NCBI RefSeq assembly: GCF_006345805.1
Contig: NC_043005.1
Location: 13,144,001-13,208,000 of the forward strand
Direction: 5' to 3'
DNA: 64,000 nucleotides
Source: Octopus sinensis
Taxonomy: Eukaryota
In this document: positions 1 through 11,826 of the stretch, piece by piece
Layout of the letters: the number at the start of each line of letters is the position of its first letter
Position numbering within the stretch: position 1 is the stretch's first letter
The notes under the pieces: generated by a model
What the model saw: only the letters and a program-made list of their open reading frames with translations
What the model was told of the DNA's origin: nothing
Database searches by the model: none
Made by a program: the position numbers and the translations under genes

Positions 1-390
1 CTATTATGTATGTATGTGTGTGTATGTGTCTCTATAAACAAGTGTCAACATCATGCAAGTGCTGTCATCTATTTCCAATCTTCTATCAAAATAAGTCCAA
101 CTACGGAGAAATATCATCTTGCTTGAAAACAGGTAAGGTTTGGCAACAGGGAGGGCATCAGGCTGCAGAATATCTGCCTCAACAAATTCCGTCTGACCAT
201 GCAAGCATGGAAAAGTGCACATTAAAATGATGATGATGATAACAATGAACACAACTTGCACATTATAACTTATTGATGACTATAAGTTTTGTGGTTGTTC
301 CGTTTTATATGATGACATGTAACAGCTACACTTTGAAGATGTTTTGTTTCTTAGCAAAACAAACCTGCCCATTAGTTTTACTTCATATTA

Positions 391-923
391 TCTCTATATT
401 TATAAACGGCAAAATGTCTGTATATCTGTGTGTCCTTTGTACAAATCCACAGTTTTTGACGTAAAAGGCTCGCATTTTCTATGGGCTTTCAAAACTGTCT
501 GAGGGTGGTCGGGAAGATCTTTTCATTTCCCCAGTCACCCCAGAAAGCCATTAAAAAAATCGATAAACCGACCCTTTATGCCCATAACTTATGGGCATGT
601 CCAATCAAAATCGCTAAAACATAGAAATTCGTACGCGGTGCATGCGTACAGCTAGATACGCTAGTAGACTGCCAGCTGTTTTTTGATTGGACGGAGATAA
701 TTTTACCCTTGACAGTTGAATGCACGTGCACATTTGCAGACAGTCTGTATGACTCAGCGCATTTTGTGTTTTGGCTTTCAAACATGCACGCTTTTTTGAT
801 TTGAGAAATGCAGGGAATGATTAACGAGTTAGACCAAGTGAATGACAACAGAGCGTAATTTTCATGAAAGACCAAATATGCTTCACTAGCACTAGACCTG
901 GCAACGCCGGGTCATTTTGCTAG
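391..923 (+). mobile_element. Non-autonomous Helitron
   Basis: A|TC start at 391, subterminal hairpin GACCTGG-caacg-CCGGGTC (895-913), end CTAG|T (920-924); inserted between A and T. Confidence 0.8.
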
Positions 924-1120
924 TCAACCACATAAAACAGCTGTGCATCATTTTCACCATTTACACTTCCATTTTATTCTTACCTTCAAAAACTCATCCT
1001 TTAGTATTTCTGTTTCAAACCTCCCCGATTGCTTTCAGAAAATTTTGATATCCAGTGCTTCTCTTGCACAAAAGTAATTTTTAAATTTTGGTGTTTCAAG
1101 TAATGAATTGGGTAAAAAGG

Positions 1121-1446
1121 GTAAAGATCCCCATTGGTCATGAATGACTGGGTTTGCACCTAGAAAGTTCCCCTCTGAGGCACAAGTCCGGGCAAGGTTG
1201 TTTATGGAAGACTAGCAGTCACCCATGCATACTAGCCTCGCCTCTCCACGCCACCGATGTTACCCAAGAGAAAGGCAAAGGCTGATATGGCTCGGCACTA
1301 GTGATGCTGCGACTCATTTCTACAGCTGGTTGAACTGAAGCAATGTGAAATAAAGTGTCTTGCTCAAGAACACAGCACATAACCCAATCTGAGAATTGAA
1401 CTCACTACCTCATGATTGTGAGCCTGACACTCTAACCACTAAGCCA
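1121..1446 (-). mobile_element. tRNA-headed SINE, family L (CORE-like body)
   Basis: Minus strand has A/B boxes (GGCTTAGTGG..GAGTTCAATTC) and a CTTGAGCAAGACACTT CORE-like motif. A second, headless copy is at 54838-55054 and a fragment near 51175-51290. Confidence 0.75.
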
Positions 1447-1570
1447 AACTATACATAATTACACACACACACACATTATGTCAAAAGAATTTAGAGACTT
1501 CAAGAGAATGAAATAAATCATTTTTAATGGTGATACTCAAAGTAGATAAAGCTATAAATATTTATTTATC

Positions 1571-1758
1571 ACCATGATAGATCCGTTGCCACTATACACA
1601 TTTTTTTCTCTCCTTGTTTCTTTCTGTGTTTCTTTCTGTGGAAGAGTGCAGGTTTGAAATGTTAAAGACTTTTTGAATTCCCGAGCGTTATACTAATACA
1701 TCTGTTTCTTTTCTACACCACCTGTCTTCGTCTTGTGTTTTTTTCGTCAACTCTCACC
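1571..1758 (+). mobile_element. Short repeat family F (Penelope-like pLTR?) with decayed hammerhead-like motif
   Basis: Three ~190 bp copies (1571, 17309, 42917); two end at (TA)n. Motif TCTTT-CTGTGGA-AGAGT.GCAG.GTTT-GAAA-TGTT-AAAGA at 1631-1668. Confidence 0.6.
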
Positions 1759-1782
1759 TATATATATATATATATATATATA

Positions 1783-1948
1783 TGAATACAAAATGGGACA
1801 AAAACGCAAAACATCCAGATAAACGATACAAAAAACACAGACGGGTCATTCGAAGCCTTTAATCTTCAGTCAAGAACTGGATCATCCTCACAATTTCGGC
1901 TGATTAATCTTGAGATTGCTCCAATCTGGCCAGCCCCAAGGAAAAACT
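1783..1948. mobile_element. Short repeat family E abutting (TA)n
   Basis: Homologous to both arms of the fold-back at 44309-44571 and to a fragment near 31990-32030. Confidence 0.65.
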
Positions 1949-2003
1949 ATATACATACACAGATATGTATAAATACACACTCATATACACACACACACAT
2001 GGG

Positions 2004-2052
<49 letters not shown>

Positions 2053-2346
2053 GTGGAGGCACAATGGCCTAGTGGTTAGAGCAGCGGACTCGGGGTCGTA
2101 GGATCGCGGTTTCGATTCCCAGACTGGGCATTGTGAGTGTTTACTGAGCGAAAACACCTATAGCCCCATGAGGCTCCGGCAGGGGATGGTGGTGATCCCT
2201 TCTGTACTCTTTCACCGCAACTTTCTCTCACTCTTTCTTCTGTTTGCCTGCTCGCTTAGCCAGCGGGGTGGCGTCATTTGAAGGCTAAAACAGTGTGAAG
2301 CGCATTGTGACCAGTGATGTGTAGCAACATCTGATGGCCTGGTCAC
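2053..2346 (+). mobile_element. tRNA-headed SINE family B, tail type 1
   Basis: Head GGCRCAATGGCCYAGTGGTTAG..GGTTTCGATTCCC. Same tail at 36103-36365 (-), 36872-37170 (-) and 55081-55366 (+). Confidence 0.85.
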
Positions 2347-2347
2347 T

Positions 2348-2383
<36 letters not shown>

Positions 2384-3446
2384 GTAAGGGCATCCAACCA
2401 TAGAAACCTTGCCAAAACAGATAGTTGGAGTGTGTGGACAGCCTCCTCCCCCCACCTGCTTGCCAGCTCCCTGTCAAGCCTTCCAACCCATGCCACCATA
2501 GAAGGAGGACGTTAAATGATGATGATGATGATGATGAAATATACCATCATAGTCATTTAATGTCCTCCTTCCTTGCTGACACACTTACACACTTACTGAC
2601 ATGCAAGTGTTTTGTGTTTGCAGAGAGTCCACCATTTGAAACCAAGTAACTGTCTTCTTCCCCTCCTCTTTCTCTCTCTCTCTCATCTTTGTCCTTTTTT
2701 TTTTCCACAAAGGTTTCTACCATGTATGTGACATCTCTCTTGCATGACAGCTTCATATGTCAATCACTCCTGCCAATTTACTCATTTACAACAAGGATGG
2801 CTGGCCATGCTGTCAACTAAAGGTCATATTCATTAACATAGATTTATTTATATACACTGCGATGTTTAATCACACACACATACACACACACACACACACC
2901 ACACACACACACATCACTGTTTCTATTTCTCTCTTCCCTTCTCTTTCTCACTTACATTCCTCCATATGGACATACACACTCACATGTGCACAATATAGTC
3001 ACACTCACTCACACACACACACACACACGTGTACATATTTGCTTACATATACACAAGATTTTACAGTAAAATGCTACATTTCGTATGTCCCATCCTGGCT
3101 GTTGGGTCTAGTGTTAAATGCTGTGGGCTGTGTGTGACAATGTGTGTTTGGCCTTGTGGTTTGTGTGTTGGACTCCCAGCCATGCGGTCATGGTTTCAAC
3201 TCCAAGACTGGGCAGCATATTTTAATGTAGTCTTGAGTAAAATCTGTCATTTCTTGGTGCTCCTGTCCACCTAGGTGACACACACACACACTCTCTCTCT
3301 CTCTCTCGTGTTACAGTCATTGGATTGCGACAATACTAGGATTTAGTCAAGCAAATTAACCATAGTTCTTCTTTTAAGTGTAGTGCTTATTCTGTCTGTG
3401 TGTCTATTAAGGAGCTGCTAACATCCAGCATGTGACCACTGAAGGA

Positions 3447-3637
3447 TAGGCGGTGAGCTGGCAGAAATGTTAGCACGCCAGGCAAAATGCTTAGCGGTAT
3501 TTCGTCTGTCTTTACGTTCTGGGTTCAAATTCCGTCGAGGCCGATAAATTAAGCACCAGTTGCGTACTGGGGTCGATCTAATTGACTTGGCTCCTGCCCC
3601 AAAAATTTCAGGCCTTGTGCCTAGAGTAGAAAAGGAT
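3447..3637 (+). mobile_element. SINE family D (Meta-domain-like family), alternative tail
   Basis: Head GGCGGTGAGCTGGCAGAA..GGTTCAAATTCC shared with other D copies; tail ...aaaatttcaggccttgtgcctagagtagaaaaggat. Confidence 0.75.
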
Positions 3638-3834
3638 GTGAGGACTGTACCAATACTCAGCTGGAGCAGTGTGAGATAATCTGCCTTGCTCAAGGACACA
3701 ATGTATCACCTGACGAAGGAATTGAACTGACAACTTTTGAGTGTGAATCCAGCATGCTACCCAGTTGGTCAAGTGCCTTACATATTCATATGTGCGTGTG
3801 TATATGTATATATGCATGTCTGTGTATATATGTA

Positions 3835-4053
3835 TACTCTTTTACTTGTTTCAGTCATTTGACTGTGGCCATGCTGGAGCACCGCCTTTAGTCGAGCAAA
3901 TTGACACCAGGACTTATTCTTTGTAAGCCTAGTACTTATTCTATTGGTCTCTTTTGCCAAACCGTTAAGTTATGGGGGATGCAAACACACCAGCATTGGT
4001 TGTCAAGAGATGTTGGGGGGACAAACACAGACACACAAACATATACACATACC

Positions 4054-4093
<40 letters not shown>

Positions 4094-4257
4094 CATATAT
4101 ACGATGGGCTTCTTTCAGTTTCAGTCTACCAAATCCACTCACAAGGCTTTGGTCGGCCCGAGGCTATAGCAGAAGTCACTTACCCAAGGTACCACGCAGT
4201 GGGACTGAACCCAGAACCATGTGGTTCATAAGCAAGCTACTTACCACACAGCCACTC
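3835..4257 (-). mobile_element. SINE family A, full length
   Basis: tRNA-like head (TGGCTGTGTGG / GGTTCAGTCCC), internal (TA)n/(TG)n, tail ..ATGACTGAAACAAGTAAAAGAGTA. About 20 or more full or partial copies in the window. Confidence 0.9.
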
Positions 4258-4733
4258 ACTGCTCTTCCTTTCCTCAAAATCGGTGCTTCTCCCTTATTTT
4301 TTTACCTGTGGACCCCTTTGATTACTATTTAATTCTAGTGGACCATTTGATGATTAAAAACTAATTTCATAGATGCTTCTTTCAAAATTCCTATTTTGCT
4401 TGTTCATCCATTCACTTGTGTGGCTTTGCAGCAGCATTCTTTGAGAGAACATGTTTCAGTGGCTGGAAATATGTTAAACCAAGTAAAACGTGAGAGAGAA
4501 AAAAAATTGTGTGTTTCTTACATGACCGGATATGCTTTTTGCAGAACATTGGACAGAAATAGCATTCATTTACAGCAAATGTATATCAGTTCAAGGTGAC
4601 ACGAACACTCACATGCTCCCCACCACACACATGAGTCAGTGAATGGGCAAACCGAAGTATGAGGCACTCCCCGCACTTGGTAGAAGTTAAACCTATTTTT
4701 AATAACAGTGACTGTTATTAAATTATATATATT

Positions 4734-5018
4734 ATCATCATCATCATCGTTTAGCGTCCGCTTTCCATGCTAGCATGGGTTGGACGGTTCAACTGGGGTC
4801 TGGGAAGCCAGAAGGCTGCACCAGGCCCAGTCTGATCTGGCAATGTTTCTACGGCTGGATGCTCTTCCTAACGCAAACCACTCCGTGAGTGTAGTGGGTG
4901 CTTTTTATGTGCCAGACGAGGCTGGCAAACGGCCATGATCAGATGGTGCTTTTTATGTGCCACCGGCACGGGGGCCAGGCGAGGCTGGCAACGGCCACGA
5001 ACGGATGGTGCTTTTTAC
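4734..5018 (-). mobile_element. RTE-LINE 3' fragment (family C) with partial 63-bp subrepeats
   Basis: Ends in ..CATGGAAAGCGGACGCTAAACGATGATGAT. Contiguous with an RTE ORF end in the 17498-18221 copy. Confidence 0.75.
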
Positions 5019-5184
5019 AACATCTAATGTACGATAAAATCTTTTCGAAAAAAAAATTTTATCAATGGCCAGCATATTAAAAAATACCTTTAAACTATAT
5101 AACCTTTATATATATATATATATATATAACCTTTATATATATATATATATATATATAACCTTTATATATATATATATATAAAAC

Positions 5185-5232
<48 letters not shown>

Positions 5233-5785
5233 CTTACAACAGATTTCTTTCAGTTTCTTTCTCCCAAGTCTACTCTCAAGGCTTTGGTCTTACGATATGC
5301 CATTCAAAACACTAATAAATATTTTCTTAGCTGCTGTTAGTGTAATTGATTTTACCAAAGGATTTGCACAAATCAAACACATCGATAAACGAAATACTGA
5401 TTTTTTTTTATGTATTGCATAACTATTTGAGCTTTTTGTGTATTAAACCTTGTATGTTTCTAATATACTTACTTAGTGAACTGTGATTGGATGAAAGTCA
5501 AAGTTTACTTCGATTAAATTTCAGTTCAGAATACCCTGTACTGTTCTCTCTTCGATGTCTTCTGACCTGATTTAGTAATCATAATGTCTTGGGCTGACAC
5601 AAGACCAGTTTTTCCAGTCAATAACACTGGTTCCAGATTATATTTACTTTATTTCTGCAGGATAGTAGCAAGCTGGCCAAGTAGATAATATTTTGATCTA
5701 CTTAGCCTTTGGTTGAGTTCAAATTGTTATATTGGGTTTTATACATTGCCTCAGTGCTTCTAGCCATAAGGAGGTAAATAGGTAC

Positions 5786-6019
5786 CTATTTCTTTACTAC
5801 CCACAAGGGGCTAAACATAGAGGGGACAAACAAGGACAGACATAGGTATTAAGTTGATTACATCGACCCCAGTGTGTAACTGGTGCTTAATTTATCGACT
5901 CCGAAAAGATGAAAGGTAAAGTCGACCTCAGCGGAATTTGAACTCACAACGTAACGGCAGACGAAATACCGCTAAGCATTTTCGCCCGGCGTGCTAATGT
6001 TTCTGCCAGCTCGCCGCCT
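5786..6019 (-). mobile_element. SINE family D, full length
   Basis: Central GTCGACTTTRCCTTTCATCYTTTCGG.GTCGATAAATTAAG motif; tail ..GCCCCTTGTGGGTAGTAAAGAAATAGG. Other copies at 10706-10923, 18541-18768, 21214-21431 and 25173-25692. Confidence 0.85.
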
Positions 6020-6306
6020 TAAATTTACCTCGCCAAGGTAAATAGGTACCATCATATCAGAGGGGTGTGTTCCTTGTGAAAGAAGTTAGCCTTACCTGAA
6101 GAGAATTCATCTCTCATCTGCTTCTTACTTTGAAGTTGCCATAGCAATACTGAACTTTGATGCCCTCCTTTGGGACATAAATGGATATCTTTTCATCTGG
6201 AACTTCTACAGAATGGAAGTGAAAGTATAACTTGATAGGCTTTGAATTCCAAAGACTGAAGAACGAAACTAAACGAATGAGACTAATTTTAGACTGTTAA
6301 TTAGTG

Positions 6307-6724
6307 GGATCTTTTTGATTTGAACAGCAGTTTTTTCTAGCGGTGTCATATGAAATTGTCACCCATAATTATGACCCTAGTATCGATCTATTGCATTTCA
6401 ATCTGTTTTAGGGTTGGTTAGGGTTAGGGGGAAGGGTATCTTTTTTTCTTCACAAATGTAAATAAACCCAATCTGTTGCTTAAACGAGGGACATATTCAT
6501 ACGGCACAGAATGTTTTTTTTTACCTCAATGGATGTCAGTGATTGGTTGAAATTGCAGAAATTGAAGAAAAAAAACAACAAATATCTTACAAACTATAGA
6601 ATTTTCTCATTAAAGCCAAGAGAAAAAGATATTTTATAAACACATTCTACCAGTACGCAAAGTTTAAAATTTCTTAGTTACCTAGAAATTATGTTAAAAA
6701 CTGCCGTTCAAACCGAAAAGATCC
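6307..6724. mobile_element. MITE with 29-bp TIRs and 8-bp TSD, containing TTAGGG-like repeats
   Basis: TIR GGATCTTTTYGRTTTGAACRGCAGTTTTT at both ends; TSD AATTAGTG at 6299-6306 and 6725-6732; internal ttagggttggttagggttaggg. Confidence 0.85.
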
Positions 6725-6939
6725 AATTAGTGTAAATGAAAACTCCCTCTGCGGTTTAACTTGTTTATAATTCAATATCACTGGTGAATGCAGCCATTGA
6801 TTCAAGGATGACTTGCCTCTCTTTGCCTGTTATGCTTCACTGAACATGCTAATTGCACACGTTCCCTCTTCTGAAGCTAACCTAACTCACTCACTCACTT
6901 CTCCCGACGACCACTTCCCCATATTTCGTAGGGGTGGTC

Positions 6940-7240
6940 TGTCATGTGGTTGCAGTAAATGTGTGTCACTATGTTCTAGGGCTGAAATATTTGTCGTCGT
7001 TGAACCATGTGGTAGCTGGGTAGCTGTGAGACTATGTGGTGACTGGACATGTAGTAGTTGTGTGACTACATAGCGGCTATGTAACCATGAGGTAGTCATG
7101 TGGCAGTCACGTGACCATCCACCACTTGCATGGCCGTGCACCAGTTTCATGACCGTGCACCCGTTGCTCAACCGTAAAACAGTTGCATGGCCATGTGGTA
7201 ACCATGTGACGGTCATGTTACCATGTGGTGGTTGCATGAG
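6940..7240. repeat. Degenerate short-period repeat rich in CCATGTGGT / E-box (CATGTG, CACGTG)
   Basis: At least six CATGTG and one CACGTG in 300 bp. Confidence 0.55.
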
Positions 7241-8454
7241 CTATTGTTACTGTATTTATTCATGTAATAATATTCTCAAGTGTTTGAAGGTACAGTGGTT
7301 ATGTGGATCACTTGCTGATTATGACCTGGTATATTTTGATGTATCTAACCGGTAGTTCAACACATATTGGTACCAGTTGTATAAGTGGGTATTAAATGGA
7401 TTTCTGTCAGTTCCAACAATGAGTAATTTCAGTTGTTCAATTCACTGTACTGTCTCTTCATTAAACAATAACGTGGCTAACAATCCAACAGACAGTTGTA
7501 CAATTCATCTAATTCTCTGGTGGAATTAACATGATACAGTTTGCAACAAACCTGGACCTTTGAATTACAGCTACAGGTTGGTCATCTTATGGGCTTCAGC
7601 ACAGTTTTTGTCTATTGAATTTTGTTCATAATCCTATATTTGTCTTTTTGGACTGGAACTATACTTTGGTTCTGCCCGTAGAGTTCAGTCAAACAGACCA
7701 ACACTAGGGTTGGGTTCAAAATTCTACCAGGACACCCGATGAAGGCTGGAGAGTAAATCAACAACCAAGATGAAGACACATATCCATCCAATGTAAATAA
7801 TGTAAATTTTAGCCACTACTTCACAGCCCGACCAACGTTTCAAGGCCAGTGTTTGTTTGTTTACATCCGTCCGATAATTTAGTTCGCATACAATAAGTAC
7901 CAGGCTTAGCAAACCACAAAAAAAAAAAACAAATAAAAGAAACAAAAATGTATTGGAGCTGAATTGTTTCACTAAGCCCTTCAAGGCAGTGCCTCAGCAT
8001 GGCCGCAATCCAACGACTGAAACAAGTAAAAGATTAAGCATCAAAAATAAAATCTCCGAAGTGGACAGATGACTCACTAGCAGTGTGTGTGTGTGTGGGT
8101 GTGTGTGTGGTGTTGAAGTAGTGTTGTATGTTTGTAATGTATATCTAGCTAGTAAATAGTTCAAGGTGCTGTTGTGGCTGTGTGATACGAAGTTTGCTTC
8201 CTAACCAGATGGTTCTGGGTTCAGTCCCACTGTGTAGCAACTTGGACAAGTGTCTTCTTCCATAGCCTCAGGCTGACCAAAGTGGATTTGGTAGATGGAA
8301 ACTGAAAGAAGCCTGTTGTGTATATGTATATATCCATGTGTGTGTGTGTGTGTCTTTGTCTGTGTTTGCCCCCCATCACCTCCTGATAACCAGTGTTGGT
8401 ATGTTTATGTCCCCTCAACTTAGCGGTTTGGCAAAAGAGACCAATAGAATAAGT

Positions 8455-8754
8455 TTGTTCTTTCTTGAGCCATGTCAGGCTCATCAGGGCCGGTTTCCCG
8501 GTTTCCTTGGTGTATAGGTTCCCCACCTGGATGTGACGCCGGTCCGTCACAGGTGAGCTGCAAGATGCAAGAGGAAAGAGTGAGAGAAAGTTGTGGCGAA
8601 AGAGTCAGCAGAAGTTCACCGTTACCTTCTGCTGGAGCCACGTGGAACTTGGGTGTTTCGCTCATAAACACACACATCGCCCGGTCTGAGATTCGAACCC
8701 GCGATCCCTCGACCGCGAGTCCGCTGCTCTAACAACTTGGTCATGTGCCTCCAC
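8455..8754 (-). mobile_element. SINE family B, tail type 2, nested in a family A SINE (about 8165-8930)
   Basis: 12-bp TSD AATAGAATAAGT at 8443-8454 and 8755-8766. Confidence 0.9.
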
Positions 8755-8980
8755 AATAGAATAAGTACTAGGCTTAGAAAAAATAAGTCCTGGGGTTGAC
8801 TAGTTTTTCTCACTAGTAGTAGTAGTATAGTAGTAGTAGTAGTAGCAGCAGCAGTCGCAGCGAGTGAAAAACACTTCAAGGCAGTGCTCCAGCATGGCGG
8901 CAGTCAAATGACCGAAATGAGTAAAAGAATAAATTAGGAATATTGAATTTCTAAATGTCTCAGAGAGACATAAGCAGTGG

Positions 8981-9256
8981 TGGAGCGATATAGTCGTTGT
9001 ATACTGTCAACTCAATGTGACAGTCCCGTGAGGGAATTACACCACCGTCATTTAGCCCTAGGAAACATCGATGTCTCCTGTCGGCTTTGGCACATTTGCT
9101 GTGTCCTTATATTTGCAAAGGGGAGGCAATCACCCCCGCAAGCCGGGACAAGGCACCTGAAGACATATGTTTCTGAGTGTATTGCTCATCGTCAGTTCAG
9201 GGTAGCCTGCCTCGCTTGCTGAGATGACTGCAACTCCTCTGCAAATATATGATATT
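8981..9256 (-). mobile_element. Hammerhead-bearing short element (family P)
   Basis: Downstream of its hammerhead it is colinear with 46480-46628 (aaatataaggacac, gcc..c.ggaga, cct.ggg.taaat, ggactg.ca) and partly with 18932-19053. Confidence 0.7.
9156..9201 (-). ncRNA. Minimal type-I hammerhead ribozyme motif, complete core
   Basis: Minus strand CCUGAA-CUGACGA-UGAG(caauaca)CUCA-GAAA-CAUAUG-UC-UUCAGG: 6-bp helix I, 4-bp helix II, palindromic helix III ACAUAUGU, GUC cleavage triplet. Confidence 0.8.
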
Positions 9257-9257
9257 A

Positions 9258-9667
9258 TACTCTTTTACTCTTTTACTTGTTTCAGTCATTTGACTGCGGC
9301 CATGCTGGAGCACCGCCTTTAGTCGAGCAAATCGACCCCGGGACTTATTCTTTGTAGGCCCAGTACTTATTCTATCGGTCTCTTTTGCCGAACCGCTAAG
9401 TGACGGGGATGTAAACACGCCAGCATCGGTTGTCAAGCAATGCTAGGGGGACAGACACACAGACACACACATACATATATATATACATATATACATATAT
9501 ACGACAGGCTTCTTTCAGTTTCCGTCTACCAAATCCACTCACAAGGCATTGGTCGGCCCGGGGCTATAGCAGAAGACACTTGCCCAAGATGCCACGCAGT
9601 GGGACTGAACCCGGAACCATGTGGTTGGTTAGCAAGCTACTTACCACACAGCCACTCCTGCGCCTAT
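9258..9667 (-). mobile_element. SINE family A, full length
   Basis: Complete head and (GAGTAAAA)n tail. Confidence 0.9.
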
Positions 9668-10458
9668 TATCAGTAAAATTCATTTACTGATCACCGAAAT
9701 TAGAAATATTGAATTTCTAAATGTCTCAGAGAGACACATAAGCAGTGAATAAGAATATATTAATGCTAGCTCTGTCCATTGTTGTTATTGTCGTTGTTGT
9801 TCTAGTAACGTGGTAGCATGTTATGTTATTGCTATGTCTGGCCACAAGTTCGACATGTAATTGCGGAAAATATTGGGGTGGGTGTTACTGCATACTGTAT
9901 TCGTGTATTAATAAAGCTTCCAATACGATTTTATATTTAGCCCTGTTAAATGTCCAGGCATTTTAGGTGATCATCCGGTTGGCTGGTTTGTCGGTTAGAT
10001 GGCTGGTCGCTCAGTCGGGTTGTGTATGTGTGTGCACGATTGACGGTGGTGGTGGTGGTGGTGGTGGTGAGCTGTGACCGTTTTTCTGCTTGGTTAATAA
10101 GACAGTAAGTCGTTATATGACTAATGATTCGCTGTTACCTTTTTACTTCAGCAAATTAGAAACCTTTTTTTTTTTTTCCACCGGTCATCTGTGTGTATGT
10201 GTGTATGAATGTGCATTTGTGGCTGTGTGTATGTGTATGTGTGTGTTTATATCATTGTGTGCTCTATTGCATCTGTCTATATGCACTGTATGTGACTATA
10301 TATGTATACATCTGTATGTGTGTATATATGTATATATATATGTTATGTGTATGTACTTACATTCCAAGCAAAAATACTCAGAAAAGATTTCTCTTGAATC
10401 AGAACAATAATATGTGGACATAGATACAATAGGTTTTGGCATTTCTTTTTCTCACTAC

Positions 10459-10496
<38 letters not shown>

Positions 10497-10521
10497 ATAG
10501 TAGTAGTAGTAGCAAGTGAAA

Positions 10522-11060
10522 TCGCCGTGGCCGTTGCCAGTGTTGTATAAATGGCACCCATGAAAGCATAGGCGTGGCCATTGCTGGTGTCATGTAAACG
10601 GCACCTTGCTGGTGTTGTGCAAACGGCACCCGTGCAGGTGGCACGTAAAAAGCACCCATTCATTACACTCCTGGAGTGGTTGGTATTAAGAAAGGCATCC
10701 AGCTGGCAGAACCGTTAGCACACCGGGCGAAATGCTTAGCGGTTTTCGTCTGCCGTTACGTTCTGAGTTCAAATTCTGCCAAGGTCGACTTTGCCTTTCA
10801 TCCTTTCGGGGTCGATAAATTAAGTACCAGTTACGCACTGGGGTTGATGTAATCGACTTAATACCTATGTCTGTCCTTGTTTGTCCCCTCTGTGTTTAGC
10901 CCCTTGAGGGCAATAAAGAAATGGGTATTAGGAAAGGCATCCATCTGTAGAAACCATACGAAATCAGACTGGAACCTGGTGCAGCTCTGTTGCTTAGCAG
11001 CTCCAGTCGAGCTGTCTAACCCATGCCAGCATAAAAAGTAGACGTTAAATGATGTTGATG
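10522..11060 (+). mobile_element. RTE 3' fragment (C) interrupted by a family D SINE (10706-10923)
   Basis: 24-bp TSD GGTATTARGAAAGGCATCCAKCTG at 10682-10705 and 10924-10947. Confidence 0.8.
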
Positions 11061-11795
11061 AGTAGTAGTAGTAGTAGTGTTCTTAATAGTAGTTGTCGTT
11101 ATTTAGCTCTTAAGTCATTAGAACCATCCCATCTTTTAGTTTTTTTAGTCATTGTCTACCCTGGGTTATATATTATCCAGTATATCCTTCCTTTCTTTTT
11201 AAAATGGTAGGATGTGATTTGAGTGAGATTTTGCTGTTATTTCTAGCTTGGTCGACTGACACTTATAGTACTTTACTTATAAAATATTGGTGGTATTTAT
11301 TTGTGTGACAGATGTGAAACCTTTTCACAATTTCTAAAGCTGTATATCAAAAATTACTTGTATTTGATGATGTTCTTCACACACATGTTTATGTGTGTGT
11401 GTGTCTCTCTCTCTCTCTATACATACATATCATCATCATCATCATCGTTTAGCGTCCGCTTTCCATGCTAGCATGGGTTGGACGGTTCAACTGGGGTCTG
11501 GGAAACCTGAAGGCTGCACCAGGCCCAGTCTGATCTGGCAATGCTTCTACGGCTGGATGCCCTTCCTAACGCCAACCACTCCATATATAATGGTGGCATG
11601 GTAGATGGTAAAAGTAAGTACAAGAGGATCAGTTAATTATGATTTTATTCGACATATTCCTCCTCTCAGATTCACACGCTTATTGTAGAAGTCCTTTCAT
11701 TTTTTTTAATCCCTGTAAAAGAACTCAAAAGTGTGGGCTTCTAACCAGGCCTTTCATTGTACCCTTAAAGCCAAGAACTTTTCAGCATCCCCCCT

Positions 11796-11826
<31 letters not shown>

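Noticed and set aside
2053-2135. tRNA genes at SINE heads (also families A, D, L and 13523-13590)
   Set aside because: A/B boxes are present, but acceptor and anticodon stems are not intact and each continues into a repeat body; these are tRNA-derived SINE heads.
3901-4332. Recurrent ORFs such as ..RRASFSFRLPNPLTRLWSARGYSRRHLPKVPRSGTEPGTMW..
   Set aside because: They are translations of SINE A copies; recurrence reflects the repeat, not a protein family.
6408-6430. Interstitial telomere / chromosome-fusion scar
   Set aside because: Only about three units, lying inside a TIR- and TSD-bounded MITE.
6887-7237. 116-aa ORF with LPHG repeats
   Set aside because: Explained by the degenerate CCATGTGG repeat; no recognisable domain or splice context.
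8455-8495. CUGAUGA-GCC..GGC..GAAA on the minus strand of the SINE B tail 2
   Set aside because: Other copies read CTTATGA or CCATGA, GAAA spacing is wrong and there is no helix I/III; more likely a LINE-derived terminal stem-loop.
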